From the NCBI RefSeq assembly GCF_056712565.1, contig NZ_CM160072.1: 64,000 nt of DNA, one strand, 5' to 3'. This document shows, one piece after another, positions 42,619 through 55,489 of this stretch. Each line of letters starts with the position of its first letter. Position 1 is the first letter of the stretch. Below the pieces are notes generated by a model. It worked only from the letters and a program-made list of their open reading frames with translations. It ran no database searches and was not told the DNA's origin. Position numbers and translations under genes: made by a program.

Positions 42619-43296
42619 ATGAAGTGGGACTGGATTTTCTTTGATGCCGATGAAACGCTGTTTACCTTTGACTCATTCACCGGCCTGCAGCGGATGTTTC
42701 TTGATTACAGCGTCACCTTTACCGCTGAAGATTTTCAGGACTATCAGGCCGTTAACAAGCCACTGTGGGTGGATTATCAAAACGGCGCGATCACTTCATT
42801 ACAGCTTCAGCACGGGCGGTTTGAGAGCTGGGCCGAACGGCTGAACGTCGAACCGGGTAAACTCAACGAGGCCTTTATTAATGCGATGGCGGAAATCTGT
42901 ACGCCGTTGCCGGGGGCGGTTTCCCTGCTTAACGCCATTCGTGGCAACGCCAAAATCGGCATCATCACCAACGGCTTTAGCGCCTTGCAACAGGTACGTC
43001 TGGAACGCACGGGCCTGCGTGATTACTTCGATTTGCTGGTGATTTCCGAAGAAGTTGGCGTTGCCAAACCGAATAAGAAAATTTTCGATTATGCGCTGGA
43101 ACAAGCGGGCAATCCTGACCGTTCACGCGTGCTGATGGTTGGTGACACTGCCGAGTCCGATATTCTCGGTGGCATCAACGCCGGGCTTGCGACCTGCTGG
43201 CTGAATGCGCACAATCGCGAGCAACCAGAAGGCATCGCGCCCACCTGGACCGTTTCTTCGTTGCACGAACTGGAGCAGCTCCTGTGTAAACACTGA
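42619..43296 (+). CDS. yjjG: HAD-family pyrimidine 5-prime-nucleotidase YjjG
   Basis: 225-aa ORF with HAD motif I (FFDADETL). Confidence 0.93.
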   Translation: MKWDWIFFDADETLFTFDSFTGLQRMFLDYSVTFTAEDFQDYQAVNKPLWVDYQNGAITSLQLQHGRFESWAERLNVEPGKLNEAFINAMAEICTPLPGAVSLLNAIRGNAKIGIITNGFSALQQVRLERTGLRDYFDLLVISEEVGVAKPNKKIFDYALEQAGNPDRSRVLMVGDTAESDILGGINAGLATCWLNAHNREQPEGIAPTWTVSSLHELEQLLCKH

Positions 43297-43386
43297 TTGC
43301 CTCCCCCCCGTTGATGGGTAAAATAGCCGCAATTTTTCGTTTTCAACAAGCGCGGCGCGATGCCGCTTACTCAAGAAGAAAGAATT

Positions 43387-44976
43387 ATGACGTTGTCTCC
43401 TTATTTGCAAGAGGTGGCGAAGCGCCGCACTTTTGCCATTATTTCTCACCCGGACGCCGGTAAGACTACCATCACCGAGAAGGTGCTGCTGTTCGGACAG
43501 GCCATTCAGACCGCCGGTACAGTAAAAGGCCGTGGCTCTAACCAGCACGCTAAGTCGGACTGGATGGAGATGGAAAAGCAGCGTGGGATCTCCATCACTA
43601 CGTCTGTGATGCAGTTTCCGTATCACGACTGCCTGGTTAACTTGCTCGATACCCCGGGGCACGAAGACTTCTCGGAAGATACCTATCGTACCCTGACGGC
43701 GGTGGACTGCTGCCTGATGGTTATCGACGCCGCAAAAGGTGTAGAAGATCGTACCCGTAAGCTGATGGAAGTTACCCGTCTGCGCGATACGCCGATCCTC
43801 ACCTTTATGAACAAACTTGACCGTGATATCCGCGACCCGATGGAACTGCTCGATGAAGTTGAGAACGAGCTGAAAATCGGCTGCGCACCGATCACCTGGC
43901 CGATTGGCTGCGGCAAGCTGTTTAAAGGCGTTTACCACCTTTATAAAGATGAAACCTATCTCTATCAGAGCGGTAAAGGCCACACCATTCAGGAAGTCCG
44001 CATTGTTAAAGGGCTGAATAACCCGGATCTCGACGCTGCGGTTGGTGAAGATCTGGCACAGCAGCTGCGTGACGAACTGGAGCTGGTGAAAGGCGCGTCT
44101 AATGAGTTCGACAAAGAGCTGTTCCTTGCGGGCGAAATCACCCCGGTATTCTTTGGTACTGCGCTGGGTAACTTCGGCGTCGATCATATGCTGGATGGCC
44201 TGGTGGAGTGGGCGCCTGCGCCGATGCCGCGTCAGACCGATACCCGTACCGTAGAAGCGAGCGAAGATAAATTTACCGGCTTCGTATTTAAAATTCAGGC
44301 CAACATGGACCCGAAACACCGCGACCGCGTGGCGTTTATGCGCGTGGTATCCGGTAAATATGAAAAAGGCATGAAGCTGCGCCAGGTGCGCACCGCGAAA
44401 GATGTGGTGATCTCCGACGCGCTGACCTTTATGGCGGGTGACCGTTCGCACGTTGAAGAAGCGTATCCTGGCGATATCCTTGGTCTGCACAACCACGGCA
44501 CCATTCAGATCGGCGACACCTTTACCCAGGGTGAGATGATGAAGTTCACCGGTATTCCGAACTTCGCGCCAGAACTGTTCCGTCGTATCCGCCTGAAAGA
44601 TCCGCTGAAGCAAAAACAGCTGCTCAAAGGGCTGGTACAGCTTTCCGAAGAGGGCGCGGTGCAGGTGTTCCGTCCGATCTCCAACAACGATTTGATCGTT
44701 GGCGCGGTTGGTGTGCTGCAGTTTGATGTGGTGGTAGCGCGCCTGAAGAGCGAATACAACGTTGAAGCAGTGTATGAGTCAGTCAACGTTGCCACTGCCC
44801 GCTGGGTAGAATGTGCGGACGCGAAGAAATTCGAAGAGTTCAAGCGTAAGAACGAAAGCCAACTGGCGCTTGATGGCGGCGATAACCTCGCTTACATCGC
44901 TACCAGCATGGTCAACCTGCGCCTGGCGCAGGAACGTTATCCGGACGTTCAGTTCCACCAGACCCGCGAGCATTAA
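43387..44976 (+). CDS. prfC: Peptide chain release factor 3 (translational GTPase)
   Basis: ORF 43360..44976; start set at [28 protein letters not shown] (529 aa); G1-G4 GTPase motifs. Confidence 0.95.
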
Positions 44977-45368
44977 TTCTTGCCTCCAGGGCGCGGTAGC
45001 CGCTGCGCCCTGTCAATTTCCCTTCCTTATTAGCCGCTTACGGAATGTTCTTAAAACATTCACTTTTGCTTATGTTTTAGCTGATATCCCGAGCGGTTTC
45101 AAAATTGTGATCTATATTTAACAAAGTAATGACATTTCTGACGGCGTTAAATACCGTTCAATGCGTAGATATCAGTATCTAAAGCCGTAGATTGTCATTC
45201 TACCGATATTAATAACTGATTCAGAGGCTGTAATGGTCGTTATTCATCACCCATCGCTTTTGTGATGGCGACCATTGACTTCTGTAGAGGGTGAAGTCTC
45301 TCCCTATTCAGCAATGCAACCTCGTGTTGCCAGGCTCAAATTACGAGCAAACATACAGGAATAAATCG

Positions 45369-45974
45369 ATGACTATGACAAGACTGAAGATTTCGAAAAC
45401 TCTGCTGGCTGTAATGTTGACCTCTGCCGTCGCGACCGGCTCTGCCTACGCAGAAAACAACGCGCAGACTACCAATGAAAGCGCAGGGCAAAAAGTCGAT
45501 AGCTCTATGAATAAAGTCGGTAATTTCATGGATGACAGCGCCATCACCGCGAAAGTGAAGGCGGCCCTGGTGGATCATGACAACATCAAGAGCACCGATA
45601 TCTCTGTCAAAACCGATCAAAAAGTCGTGACCCTGAGCGGTTTCGTTGAAAGCCAGGCTCAGGCCGAAGAGGCGGTGAAAGTGGCGAAAGGTGTTGAGGG
45701 CGTGACCTCTGTCAGCGACAAACTGCACGTTCGCGACGCTAAAGAAGGCTCTGTGAAAGGCTACGCGGGTGACACCGCCACTACCAGTGAAATCAAAGCC
45801 AAACTGCTGGCAGATGACATTGTCCCTTCCCGTCATGTGAAAGTTGAAACCACCGATGGCGTGGTCCAGCTCTCCGGTACCGTAGATTCTCAGGCACAGA
45901 GCGACCGTGCTGAAAGTATCGCCAAAGCGGTAGATGGTGTGAAAAGCGTTAAAAATGATCTGAAAACTAAGTAA
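45369..45974 (+). CDS. osmY: Osmotically inducible periplasmic protein OsmY (two BON domains)
   Basis: ORF 45291..45974; start set at [28 protein letters not shown] (201 aa, signal peptide). Confidence 0.93.
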
Positions 45975-45989
45975 TTCGTCGTAATTCGA

Positions 45990-46011
45990 CCTCCCGAACT
46001 TTGTCGGGAGG
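45990..46011 (+). terminator. Hairpin downstream of osmY (candidate terminator)
   Basis: CCTCCCGA / TCGGGAGG inverted repeat; no obvious T-tract. Confidence 0.4.
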
Positions 46012-46100
46012 CGCGATGTGCACCACACTAAAAATATCGCATTGAGTGATTTTCACGCTCATATCAAGCGGTGACATTAACTATGGTAAAGGAGACGCTT

Positions 46101-46262
46101 ATGTTTCGTTGGGGCATCATATTTCTGGTTATCGCGTTAATCGCCGCCGCACTTGGGTTTGGTGGTCTGGCCGGTACTGCTGCAGGCGCAGCTAAAATTG
46201 TCTTTGTCGTCGGGATTATTCTGTTCCTGGTGAGTTTGTTCATGGGCCGAAAACGACCCTAG
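46101..46262 (+). CDS. ytjA: DUF1328 small membrane protein YtjA
   Basis: ORF 46071..46262; start set at [22 protein letters not shown] (53 aa) with a GGAG Shine-Dalgarno upstream. Confidence 0.85.
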
Positions 46263-46292
46263 ATTTCAGACCATTAAGAAAATTTTATCCAA

Positions 46293-46324
46293 AGCCAGTC
46301 CAGCGGACTGGCTTTTGCGGTTTT
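46293..46324 (+). terminator. Rho-independent terminator downstream of ytjA
   Basis: AGCCAGTCC / GGACTGGCT hairpin followed by TTTTGCGGTTTT. Confidence 0.7.
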
Positions 46325-46383
46325 AGCGAATAATAAATTGCGTTACTTTGTCATTCTTTCACAACAAAAACAGGAAGGCAGAG

Positions 46384-47457
46384 GTGGGGCAGCGAATACC
46401 TGTAACGCTTGGTAATATTGCGCCGTTGTCGCTAAGGCCGTTCCAGCCTGGACGGATTGCTCTGGTGTGCGAAGGCGGCGGACAACGTGGAATTTTCACG
46501 GCTGGCGTGCTGGATGAGTTTATGCGCGCGCAGTTTAATCCTTTCGATCTTTATCTCGGCACATCTGCCGGGGCGCAGAACCTCTCGGCGTATATCTGCA
46601 ATCAGCCCGGTTACGCGCGCAAAGTCATCATGCGTTACACCACAAAACGCGAATTTTTCGATCCATTGCGCTTTGTCCGTGGAGGAAATCTTATCGATCT
46701 CGACTGGCTGGTGGAGGCCACCGCAAGCCAGATGCCGTTGCAAATGGACACCGCAGCGCGGTTATTTGACAGCGGCAAATCGTTTTATATGTGCGCCTGT
46801 CGTCAGGATGACTATGCGCCGAATTACTTTTTGCCAACTAAACAAAACTGGCTGGATGTGATTCGCGCCTCCAGTGCGATACCTGGCTTTTATCGTAGCG
46901 GAGTGTCGCTGGAAGGTATTAACTACCTGGATGGTGGGATCAGTGATGCGATCCCGGTTAAAGAGGCGGTAAGGCAGGGAGCAAAAACGTTGGTCGTCAT
47001 CCGCACTGTGCCGTCACAAATGTACTACACGCCACAGTGGTTCAAACGCATGGAACGCTGGCTGGGTGACAGTAGCCTGCAGCCGCTGGTCAATCTGGTG
47101 CAGCATCATGAAACCAGCTATCGTGAGATTCAGCAATTTATTGAGAAACCACCGGGCCAGCTGCGGATATTCGAAATTTATCCGCCGAAGCCATTGCATA
47201 GTATTGCGCTCGGCAGTCGGATTCCGGCGCTGCGTGAAGACTATAAACTTGGGCGTTTATGTGGGCGTTATTTTCTGGCAACGGTCGGTAAATTATTGAC
47301 TGAAAAAGCGCCGCTGAGCCGCCATCTGGTGCCGGTGGTGACGCCGGAGTCGATCGTTATTCCGCCTGCGCCAGTCGCCAACGATACGCTGGTTGCTGAA
47401 GTGAGCGACGCTCCGCAGGCGAACGACCCGACATTTAACAATGAGGATCTGGCTTGA
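46384..47457 (+). CDS. yjjU: Patatin-like phospholipase-domain protein YjjU
   Basis: ORF 46348..47457; GTG start at 46384 chosen to match the remembered K-12 length (357 aa); GGGxRG and GTSAG patatin motifs. Confidence 0.85.
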   Translation: MGQRIPVTLGNIAPLSLRPFQPGRIALVCEGGGQRGIFTAGVLDEFMRAQFNPFDLYLGTSAGAQNLSAYICNQPGYARKVIMRYTTKREFFDPLRFVRGGNLIDLDWLVEATASQMPLQMDTAARLFDSGKSFYMCACRQDDYAPNYFLPTKQNWLDVIRASSAIPGFYRSGVSLEGINYLDGGISDAIPVKEAVRQGAKTLVVIRTVPSQMYYTPQWFKRMERWLGDSSLQPLVNLVQHHETSYREIQQFIEKPPGQLRIFEIYPPKPLHSIALGSRIPALREDYKLGRLCGRYFLATVGKLLTEKAPLSRHLVPVVTPESIVIPPAPVANDTLVAEVSDAPQANDPTFNNEDLA

Positions 47458-48233
47458 TTTGCCGTTTTATCGACACCCACTGCCATTTTGATTTCCCGCC
47501 GTTTAGTGGCGATGAAGAGGCCAGCCTGCAACGCGCGGCACAAGCGGGCGTAGGCAAGATCATTGTTCCGGCGACAGAGGCGGAAAATTTTGCCCGCGTG
47601 CAGGCGTTAGCGGAAAAATATCAACCGCTGTATGCCGCATTGGGCTTACATCCTGGTATGTTGGAAAAACATAGCGATGTGTCTCTTGATCAGCTACAGC
47701 AGGCGCTGGAAAGGCATCCGGCGAAGGTGGTGGCGGTGGGGGAGATCGGTCTGGATCTCTTTGGCGACGATCCGCAATTTGAGAGGCAGCAGTGGTTACT
47801 CGACGAACAACTGAAACTGGCGAAACGCTACGATCTGCCGGTGATCCTGCATTCACGACGCACGCACGACAAACTGGCGATGCATCTTAAACGCCACGAT
47901 TTACCGTGCACTGGCGTGGTTCATGGTTTTTCCGGCAGCCTGCAACAGGCCGAACGGTTTGTGCAACTGGGCTACAAAATTGGCGTAGGCGGGACTATCA
48001 CCTATCCACGCGCCAGTAAAACCCGCGATGTCATCGCAAAATTACCGCTGGCATCGTTGTTGCTGGAAACCGACGCACCAGATATGCCGCTCAATGGTTT
48101 TCAGGGGCAGCCTAATCGCCCTGAACAGGCCGCCCGTGTGTTTGCCGTGCTTTGCGAGTTACGACCGGAACCGGCGGATGAGATTGCCGAAGTGTTGCTT
48201 AATAACACCTATACGTTGTTTAACGTGCCGTAG
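47454..48233 (+). CDS. yjjV: TatD-family metal-dependent DNase/hydrolase YjjV
   Basis: 259-aa ORF with HxH metal-binding motif near the N-terminus (DTHCHFDF); 4-nt overlap with yjjU. Confidence 0.9.
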   Translation: MICRFIDTHCHFDFPPFSGDEEASLQRAAQAGVGKIIVPATEAENFARVQALAEKYQPLYAALGLHPGMLEKHSDVSLDQLQQALERHPAKVVAVGEIGLDLFGDDPQFERQQWLLDEQLKLAKRYDLPVILHSRRTHDKLAMHLKRHDLPCTGVVHGFSGSLQQAERFVQLGYKIGVGGTITYPRASKTRDVIAKLPLASLLLETDAPDMPLNGFQGQPNRPEQAARVFAVLCELRPEPADEIAEVLLNNTYTLFNVP

Positions 48234-48445
48234 GCCGGACAAGGCGTTTACGCCGCATCCGGCCGTTGGCGCACAATGCCTGATGCGACGCTGACGCGTC
48301 TTATCATGCCTACAAGTCTGTGCCGAACCGTAGGCCGGATAAGGCGTTCACGCCGCATCCGGCAGCTGGCGCACAATGCCTGATGCGACGCTTGACGCGT
48401 CTTATCATGCCTACAGGTCTGTGCCGATCCGTAGGCCACATCCGG
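48234..48445. repeat. BIME/REP cluster with a tandemly duplicated ~100-bp unit
   Basis: Two near-identical units, each TAGGCCGGA(C/T)AAGGCGTT(T/C)ACGCCGCATCCGGC...GCGCACAATGCCTGATGCGACGCT...CTTATCATGCCTACA, then a third REP-like palindrome. Confidence 0.75.
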
Positions 48446-48449
48446 CATG

Positions 48450-49313
48450 TCACAAATATAGCGCCGGAAATATTAACCGGCTCACCCCGCGCTCCCGTAA
48501 CGCATCAGCCAGTTGTTCCACATCCTCCGGCGTGGCGCTCGGCCAGCTTTGCGCCTCGCCATACACGCCGTGGGCATGAAACGCGTTCAGGCGTACCGGA
48601 ACATCGCCAAGTCCCTTGATTAACGCCGCCAGTTCTTCGATATGTTGCAAATAATCCACCTGGCCAGGGATTACCAGCAAACGCAGTTCCGCCAGCTTAC
48701 CGCGCTCTGCCAGCAAACAGATGCTGCGCTTGATCTGCTGATTATCGCGTCCGGTTAATTGCTGATGACATTCGCTCCCCCACGCTTTGAGATCGAGCAT
48801 TGCGCCGTCACACACCGGGAGCAATTTTTCCCAGCCGGTTTCGCTCAACATGCCGTTACTGTCCACGAGGCAGGTGAGATGGCACAGTTGCGGATCGTTT
48901 TTGATGGCAGTAAACAGCGCCACCACAAACGGCAACTGGGTCGTGGCTTCGCCGCCGCTTACCGTTATCCCTTCAATAAACAGAACCGCTTTGCGGACAT
49001 GGTTAAGCACCTCGTCCACGCTCATGGATTGCGCCATTGGCGTAGCATGTTGCGGACACATCTTCAGGCAGGTATCACATTGCTCGCAGACAGCCGCGCT
49101 CCACGCCACTTTGCCGTCGACAATCTGCAACGCCTGATGCGGACACTGCGGCACGCACTCTCCGCAATCATTACAGCGCCCCATCGTCCACGGATTGTGA
49201 CAGTTTTTGCAGCGCAGATTGCAGCCCTGCAAAAACAGAGCCAGACGACTGCCTGGCCCGTCAACGCAGGAGAAGGGGATAATCTTACTGACTAAAGCGC
49301 ATCTGCTGTTCAT
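48450..49313 (-). CDS. yjjW: Glycyl-radical enzyme activating enzyme (radical SAM) YjjW
   Basis: 287-aa ORF with cysteine-rich N-terminal region and ferredoxin-like Cys clusters; 29-nt overlap with yjjI. Confidence 0.9.
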   Translation of the reverse strand: MNSRCALVSKIIPFSCVDGPGSRLALFLQGCNLRCKNCHNPWTMGRCNDCGECVPQCPHQALQIVDGKVAWSAAVCEQCDTCLKMCPQHATPMAQSMSVDEVLNHVRKAVLFIEGITVSGGEATTQLPFVVALFTAIKNDPQLCHLTCLVDSNGMLSETGWEKLLPVCDGAMLDLKAWGSECHQQLTGRDNQQIKRSICLLAERGKLAELRLLVIPGQVDYLQHIEELAALIKGLGDVPVRLNAFHAHGVYGEAQSWPSATPEDVEQLADALRERGVSRLIFPALYL

Positions 49314-50835
49314 GGCTTATCACGCGCGGCTGGCGTTCCAGAATACGAGTGTTGCGTGCGGCTTCTTCTCCCAGCCAGGTGGTGTTGGTGCGTGAACCTT
49401 CGGCGCGATATTTTTCTAAATCCGACAAACGCACCATATAACCGGTAACGCGAACCAGATCGTTACCGCTGACATTGGCGGTAAATTCACGCATTCCAGC
49501 TTTAAAGGCACCGAGGCAAAGCTGTACCAGCGCCTGCGGATTACGTTTGATGGTTTCGTCGAGCGTCAGAATGTCGCTGATGCCGGAATAATAATAAGCA
49601 TGATGCGGGGCGACAGTTTGCAGATGGGTAATCGGATCTGGCTCATCACCATACGGCAAACGCGCGCCCGGCGTGGTGCCGATATCGGAACTTATCCCCG
49701 ACTGTGCGTGTAACATGGCGCGTTTTTGCCAGCCATATTTCACGGGGGTATTGGCGACAAACTCCGCCAGTTGCGCGCTAATGCGATAACCCACTTCATT
49801 TGCGGCGGCCTCTTTACCGTAGCGTGCGGCAATCCCTTCTTTTTCACACAGCAAGTTAACCGCTTCCGCCAGCCCATACATGCCAAACATCGGCACAAAA
49901 CGTTCAGGGTTAATCAGCCCTTCTTTCACCAGGAAGCTATTCTCAAAGAAGTGTGATTGTTGATAGAGGAATTCACACCGCGCATCGATGATGGCGATCT
50001 GCTGTTGGCAGTAGTGCGGTAGAGTGCGCGTAAAGAAGTCCTCCAGCGATTCACTGCGCTCGGCAATGGCTTTCAGGTTTAGGCGTACCAGCGTGCTGCC
50101 ACCACCCGCCAGCGGCAGTGAGTTGTAACAGCTCACAATCCCGTAGCCCCCTTTTGTGAAAATTTTATCATGCACCGGACCGTTGGCGATGTGCGGTTTG
50201 CTACATTCACAGATGTTTTTCGCCACTTCCAGCAGCAGGTCATCAGGGGTGATATCAGGATCGTAGATAAAGGTCAGGTTCGGTGAAACCTGCTTCAGCT
50301 CTGCGTCTGCACGTAATATCGCACGGGTAATGGGCGAATCAGACGGGCCGATATTGGCATGCATAAAGGCGTCTGGCAGGGTTCTGTCGAGGTAACGCCA
50401 GAAACGTTTTATTCGAATATCGATCTCGTCTTGTGTTAGAATTCTAACATACGGTTGCAACAACGCATCCAGTTGCCCCAGGTAGACCGGCATCGATGTG
50501 ACCGACGGTACATGGTGGTAAAGAATGGTCAGCAGAGAGAGTGCGTCATCAAGGTCTTTCGCGCCTTCCAGCTCCAGCCATTCGGAACCGTTGGCCAAAA
50601 AACGGGCGTAATCGGGTAAGACATAGCGCGGTTTGTACGGCGCATGACCTTCAAACATATCGCAGATTACCCCCTCATCCAGCGCGCGGCGGGCTTCGGC
50701 AGGCAGCTGTGGGTAAGGCAGATTGTTTTCTGCTTCCAGTGCCAGAAAATGGCGCTTCTGCTCCGGGCTAAGTACCGGGCTGGTGACAATTTGCTGGCAA
50801 CGTTGTTGCAGTGCATTTTCATGAGAAGTGGGCAT
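49285..50835 (-). CDS. yjjI: Glycyl-radical-enzyme-like protein YjjI (DUF3029)
   Basis: 516-aa ORF; synteny upstream of its activase yjjW and divergent from deoC. Confidence 0.9.
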   Translation of the reverse strand: MPTSHENALQQRCQQIVTSPVLSPEQKRHFLALEAENNLPYPQLPAEARRALDEGVICDMFEGHAPYKPRYVLPDYARFLANGSEWLELEGAKDLDDALSLLTILYHHVPSVTSMPVYLGQLDALLQPYVRILTQDEIDIRIKRFWRYLDRTLPDAFMHANIGPSDSPITRAILRADAELKQVSPNLTFIYDPDITPDDLLLEVAKNICECSKPHIANGPVHDKIFTKGGYGIVSCYNSLPLAGGGSTLVRLNLKAIAERSESLEDFFTRTLPHYCQQQIAIIDARCEFLYQQSHFFENSFLVKEGLINPERFVPMFGMYGLAEAVNLLCEKEGIAARYGKEAAANEVGYRISAQLAEFVANTPVKYGWQKRAMLHAQSGISSDIGTTPGARLPYGDEPDPITHLQTVAPHHAYYYSGISDILTLDETIKRNPQALVQLCLGAFKAGMREFTANVSGNDLVRVTGYMVRLSDLEKYRAEGSRTNTTWLGEEAARNTRILERQPRVISHEQQMRFSQ

Positions 50836-51032
50836 CTTCTTTTCCTTTTATGCCGAAGGTGATGCGCCATTGTAAGAAGTTTCGTGATGTTCACTTTGAT
50901 CCTGATGCGTTTGCCACCACTGACGCATTCATTTGAAAGTGAATTATTTGAACCAGATCGCATTACAGTGATGCAAACTTGTAAGTAGATTTCCTTAATT
51001 GTGATGTACATCGAAGTGTGTTGCGGAGTAGA

Positions 51033-51048
51033 TGTTAGAATACTAACA
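51033..51048. promoter_or_regulatory. DeoR operator in the deo promoter region
   Basis: TGTTAGAATACTAACA, a 16-bp palindrome matching the DeoR operator consensus TGTTAGAA-TTCTAACA, ~45 nt upstream of the deoC start. Confidence 0.7.
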
Positions 51049-51092
51049 AACTCGCAAGGTGAATTTTATTGGCGACAAGCCAGGAGAATGAA

Positions 51093-51872
51093 ATGACTGA
51101 TCTGAAAGCAAGCAGCCTGCGTGCACTGAAATTGATGGACCTGACCACCCTGAATGACGACGACACCGATGAGAAAGTGATCGCCCTGTGTCATCAGGCC
51201 AAAACTCCGGTCGGCAATACCGCCGCTATCTGTATCTATCCTCGCTTTATCCCGATTGCTCGCAAAACGCTGAAAGAGCAGGGCACCCCGGAAATCCGTA
51301 TCGCTACGGTAACTAACTTCCCACACGGTAACGACGACATCGAAATCGCGCTGGCAGAAACCCGTGCGGCAATCGCCTACGGTGCCGATGAAGTTGACGT
51401 GGTGTTCCCGTACCGCGCGCTGATGGCGGGTAACGAGCAGGTTGGTTTTGACCTGGTGAAAGCCTGTAAAGAGGCTTGCGCTGCGGCGAACGTACTGCTG
51501 AAAGTGATTATTGAAACCGGCGAACTGAAAGACGAAGCGCTGATCCGTAAAGCGTCTGAAATCTCCATCAAAGCGGGTGCTGACTTCATCAAAACCTCTA
51601 CCGGTAAAGTGGCTGTGAATGCGACGCCGGAAAGCGCGCGCATCATGATGGAAGTGATCCGCGATATGGGCGTAGAAAAAATCGTTGGTTTCAAACCGGC
51701 GGGCGGCGTGCGTACTGCGGAAGATGCGCAGAAATATCTCGCCATTGCAGATGAACTGTTCGGTGCTGACTGGGCTGATGCGCGTCACTACCGCTTTGGT
51801 GCTTCCAGCTTGCTGGCAAGCCTGCTGAAAGCTCTGGGCCACGGCGACGGTAAGAGCGCCAGCAGCTACTAA
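51093..51872 (+). CDS. deoC: Deoxyribose-phosphate aldolase
   Basis: ORF 51069..51872; start set at [26 protein letters not shown] (259 aa). Confidence 0.95.
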
Positions 51873-51949
51873 GGCTTGATTTGCCGGATGATGCAGCGAT
51901 GCTCATCCGGTTCCCCGATTACCTCGTCTCTTTTCCACGGGAGGTTACC

Positions 51950-53272
51950 TTGTTTCTCGCACAAGAAATTATTCGTAAAAAACGTGATGGTCATGCGCTG
52001 AGTGATGAAGAAATTCGTTTCTTTATCAACGGCATTCGCGACAACACTATCTCCGAAGGGCAGATTGCCGCCCTCGCGATGACCATTTTCTTCCACGATA
52101 TGACAATGCCTGAGCGTGTCTCGCTGACCATGGCGATGCGAGATTCAGGAACCGTTCTCGACTGGAAAAGCCTGCATCTGAATGGCCCGATTGTTGATAA
52201 ACACTCGACCGGCGGTGTCGGCGATGTGACTTCGCTGATGTTGGGGCCGATGGTCGCTGCCTGTGGCGGCTATATTCCGATGATCTCCGGTCGCGGCCTC
52301 GGTCATACTGGCGGTACGCTCGACAAACTGGAATCCATCCCTGGCTTCGACATTTTCCCGGATGACAACCGTTTCCGCGAAATTATTAAAGACGTCGGCG
52401 TGGCGATTATCGGCCAGACCAGCTCACTGGCTCCGGCGGATAAACGTTTCTACGCGACCCGCGATATTACCGCAACCGTGGATTCAATCCCGCTGATCAC
52501 CGCCTCTATTCTGGCGAAGAAACTGGCGGAAGGTCTGGACGCGCTGGTGATGGACGTGAAAGTGGGTAGCGGCGCGTTTATGCCGACCTACGAACTCTCT
52601 GAAGCCCTTGCCGAAGCGATTGTTGGCGTGGCTAACGGCGCTGGCGTGCGCACCACCGCGCTGCTCACCGATATGAATCAGGTACTGGCCTCCAGTGCAG
52701 GTAACGCGGTTGAAGTTCGTGAAGCGGTGCAGTTCCTGACGGGTGAATATCGTAACCCGCGTCTGTTTGATGTCACGATGGCACTGTGCGTGGAGATGCT
52801 GATCTCCGGCAAACTGGCGAAAAATGACGCCGAAGCGCGCGCGAAATTGCAGGCGGTGCTGGACAACGGTAAAGCGGCAGAAGTCTTTGGTCGTATGGTC
52901 GCGGCACAAAAAGGCCCGACCGACTTCGTTGAGAACTACGCGAAGTATCTGCCGACAGCGATGCTGACGAAAGCAGTCTATGCTGATACCGAAGGGTTTG
53001 TCAGTGAAATGGATACCCGCGCACTGGGGATGACAGTGGTTGCAATGGGCGGCGGACGCCGTCAGGCATCTGACACCATCGATTACAGCGTCGGCTTTAC
53101 TGATATGGCGCGTCTGGGCGACCAGGTAGACGGTCAGCGTCCGCTGGCAGTTATCCACGCGAAAGACGAAAACAGCTGGCAGGAAGCGGCGAAAGCGGTG
53201 AAAGCGGCAATTAAACTTGCCGATAAAGCACCGGAAAGCACACCAACTGTCTATCGCCGTATCAGCGAATAA
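51950..53272 (+). CDS. deoA: Thymidine phosphorylase
   Basis: ORF 51881..53272; TTG start at 51950 ([21 protein letters not shown]) preceded by a GGGAGG Shine-Dalgarno; 440 aa. Confidence 0.93.
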
Positions 53273-53302
53273 CGGTATACTGATCTGATCATTTAAATTT
53301 GA

Positions 53303-54547
<1,245 letters not shown>

Positions 54548-54603
54548 TGGATTTGGGCGGAGCAGTGACTCCGCCTTTAATATGTCACAAAAAGGATAAA
54601 ATG

Positions 54604-55323
54604 ATGGCTACTCCACACATTAATGCAGAAATGGGCGATTTTGCTGACGTAGTTTTGATGCCAGGTGACCCGCTGCGTGCGAAGTATATTGCTGAAACTT
54701 TCCTTGAAGATGCCCGTGAAGTGAACAACGTTCGCGGTATGCTGGGCTTCACTGGTACTTACAAAGGCCGCAAAATTTCCGTAATGGGCCACGGTATGGG
54801 TATCCCGTCCTGCTCCATCTACACCAAAGAACTGATCACTGATTTCGGCGTGAAGAAAATTATCCGCGTTGGTTCCTGTGGCGCTGTTCTGCCGCACGTA
54901 AAACTGCGCGACGTCGTTATCGGTATGGGTGCCTGCACCGATTCCAAAGTTAACCGCATCCGTTTTAAAGACCATGACTTTGCCGCTATCGCTGACTTCG
55001 ACATGGTGCGTAACGCGGTAGACGCGGCAAAAGCACTGGGCGTTGATGCTCGTGTTGGTAACCTGTTCTCCGCTGACCTGTTCTACTCTCCGGACGGCGA
55101 AATGTTCGACGTGATGGAAAAATACGGCATCCTCGGCGTGGAAATGGAAGCGGCTGGTATCTACGGCGTCGCTGCAGAATTTGGCGCGAAAGCCCTGACC
55201 ATCTGCACCGTGTCTGACCACATCCGCACTCACGAGCAGACCACTGCCGCTGAGCGTCAGACCACCTTCAACGACATGATCAAAATCGCGCTGGAATCCG
55301 TTCTGCTGGGCGATAAAGAGTAA
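54604..55323 (+). CDS. deoD: Purine nucleoside phosphorylase DeoD-type
   Basis: ORF 54547..55323; start set at [30 protein letters not shown] (239 aa). Confidence 0.95.
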   Translation: MATPHINAEMGDFADVVLMPGDPLRAKYIAETFLEDAREVNNVRGMLGFTGTYKGRKISVMGHGMGIPSCSIYTKELITDFGVKKIIRVGSCGAVLPHVKLRDVVIGMGACTDSKVNRIRFKDHDFAAIADFDMVRNAVDAAKALGVDARVGNLFSADLFYSPDGEMFDVMEKYGILGVEMEAAGIYGVAAEFGAKALTICTVSDHIRTHEQTTAAERQTTFNDMIKIALESVLLGDKE

Positions 55324-55355
55324 TTGTGTTTTGCTGAAAGGCGATTGTCGTGTGA

Positions 55356-55388
55356 AGCCGGAGTGGGAGACTGCTCCGGCTTTTTATT
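55356..55388 (+). terminator. Rho-independent terminator of the deo operon
   Basis: AGCCGGAG / CTCCGGCT hairpin followed by TTTTTATTAT. Confidence 0.75.
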
Positions 55389-55489
55389 ATCTATTCATTT
55401 CTCTCTCCAGCTTGAATATTTTCGCTATACTTTTCAGTGAAATGTGTTAATAAATCTATTCAAGTATCTATTCACGAATCTATTCATTA

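Noticed and set aside
43123-44613. 496-aa minus-strand ORF overlapping yjjG and prfC
   Set aside because: Antisense to prfC, whose GTPase motifs are unambiguous; the translation lacks any recognisable domain.
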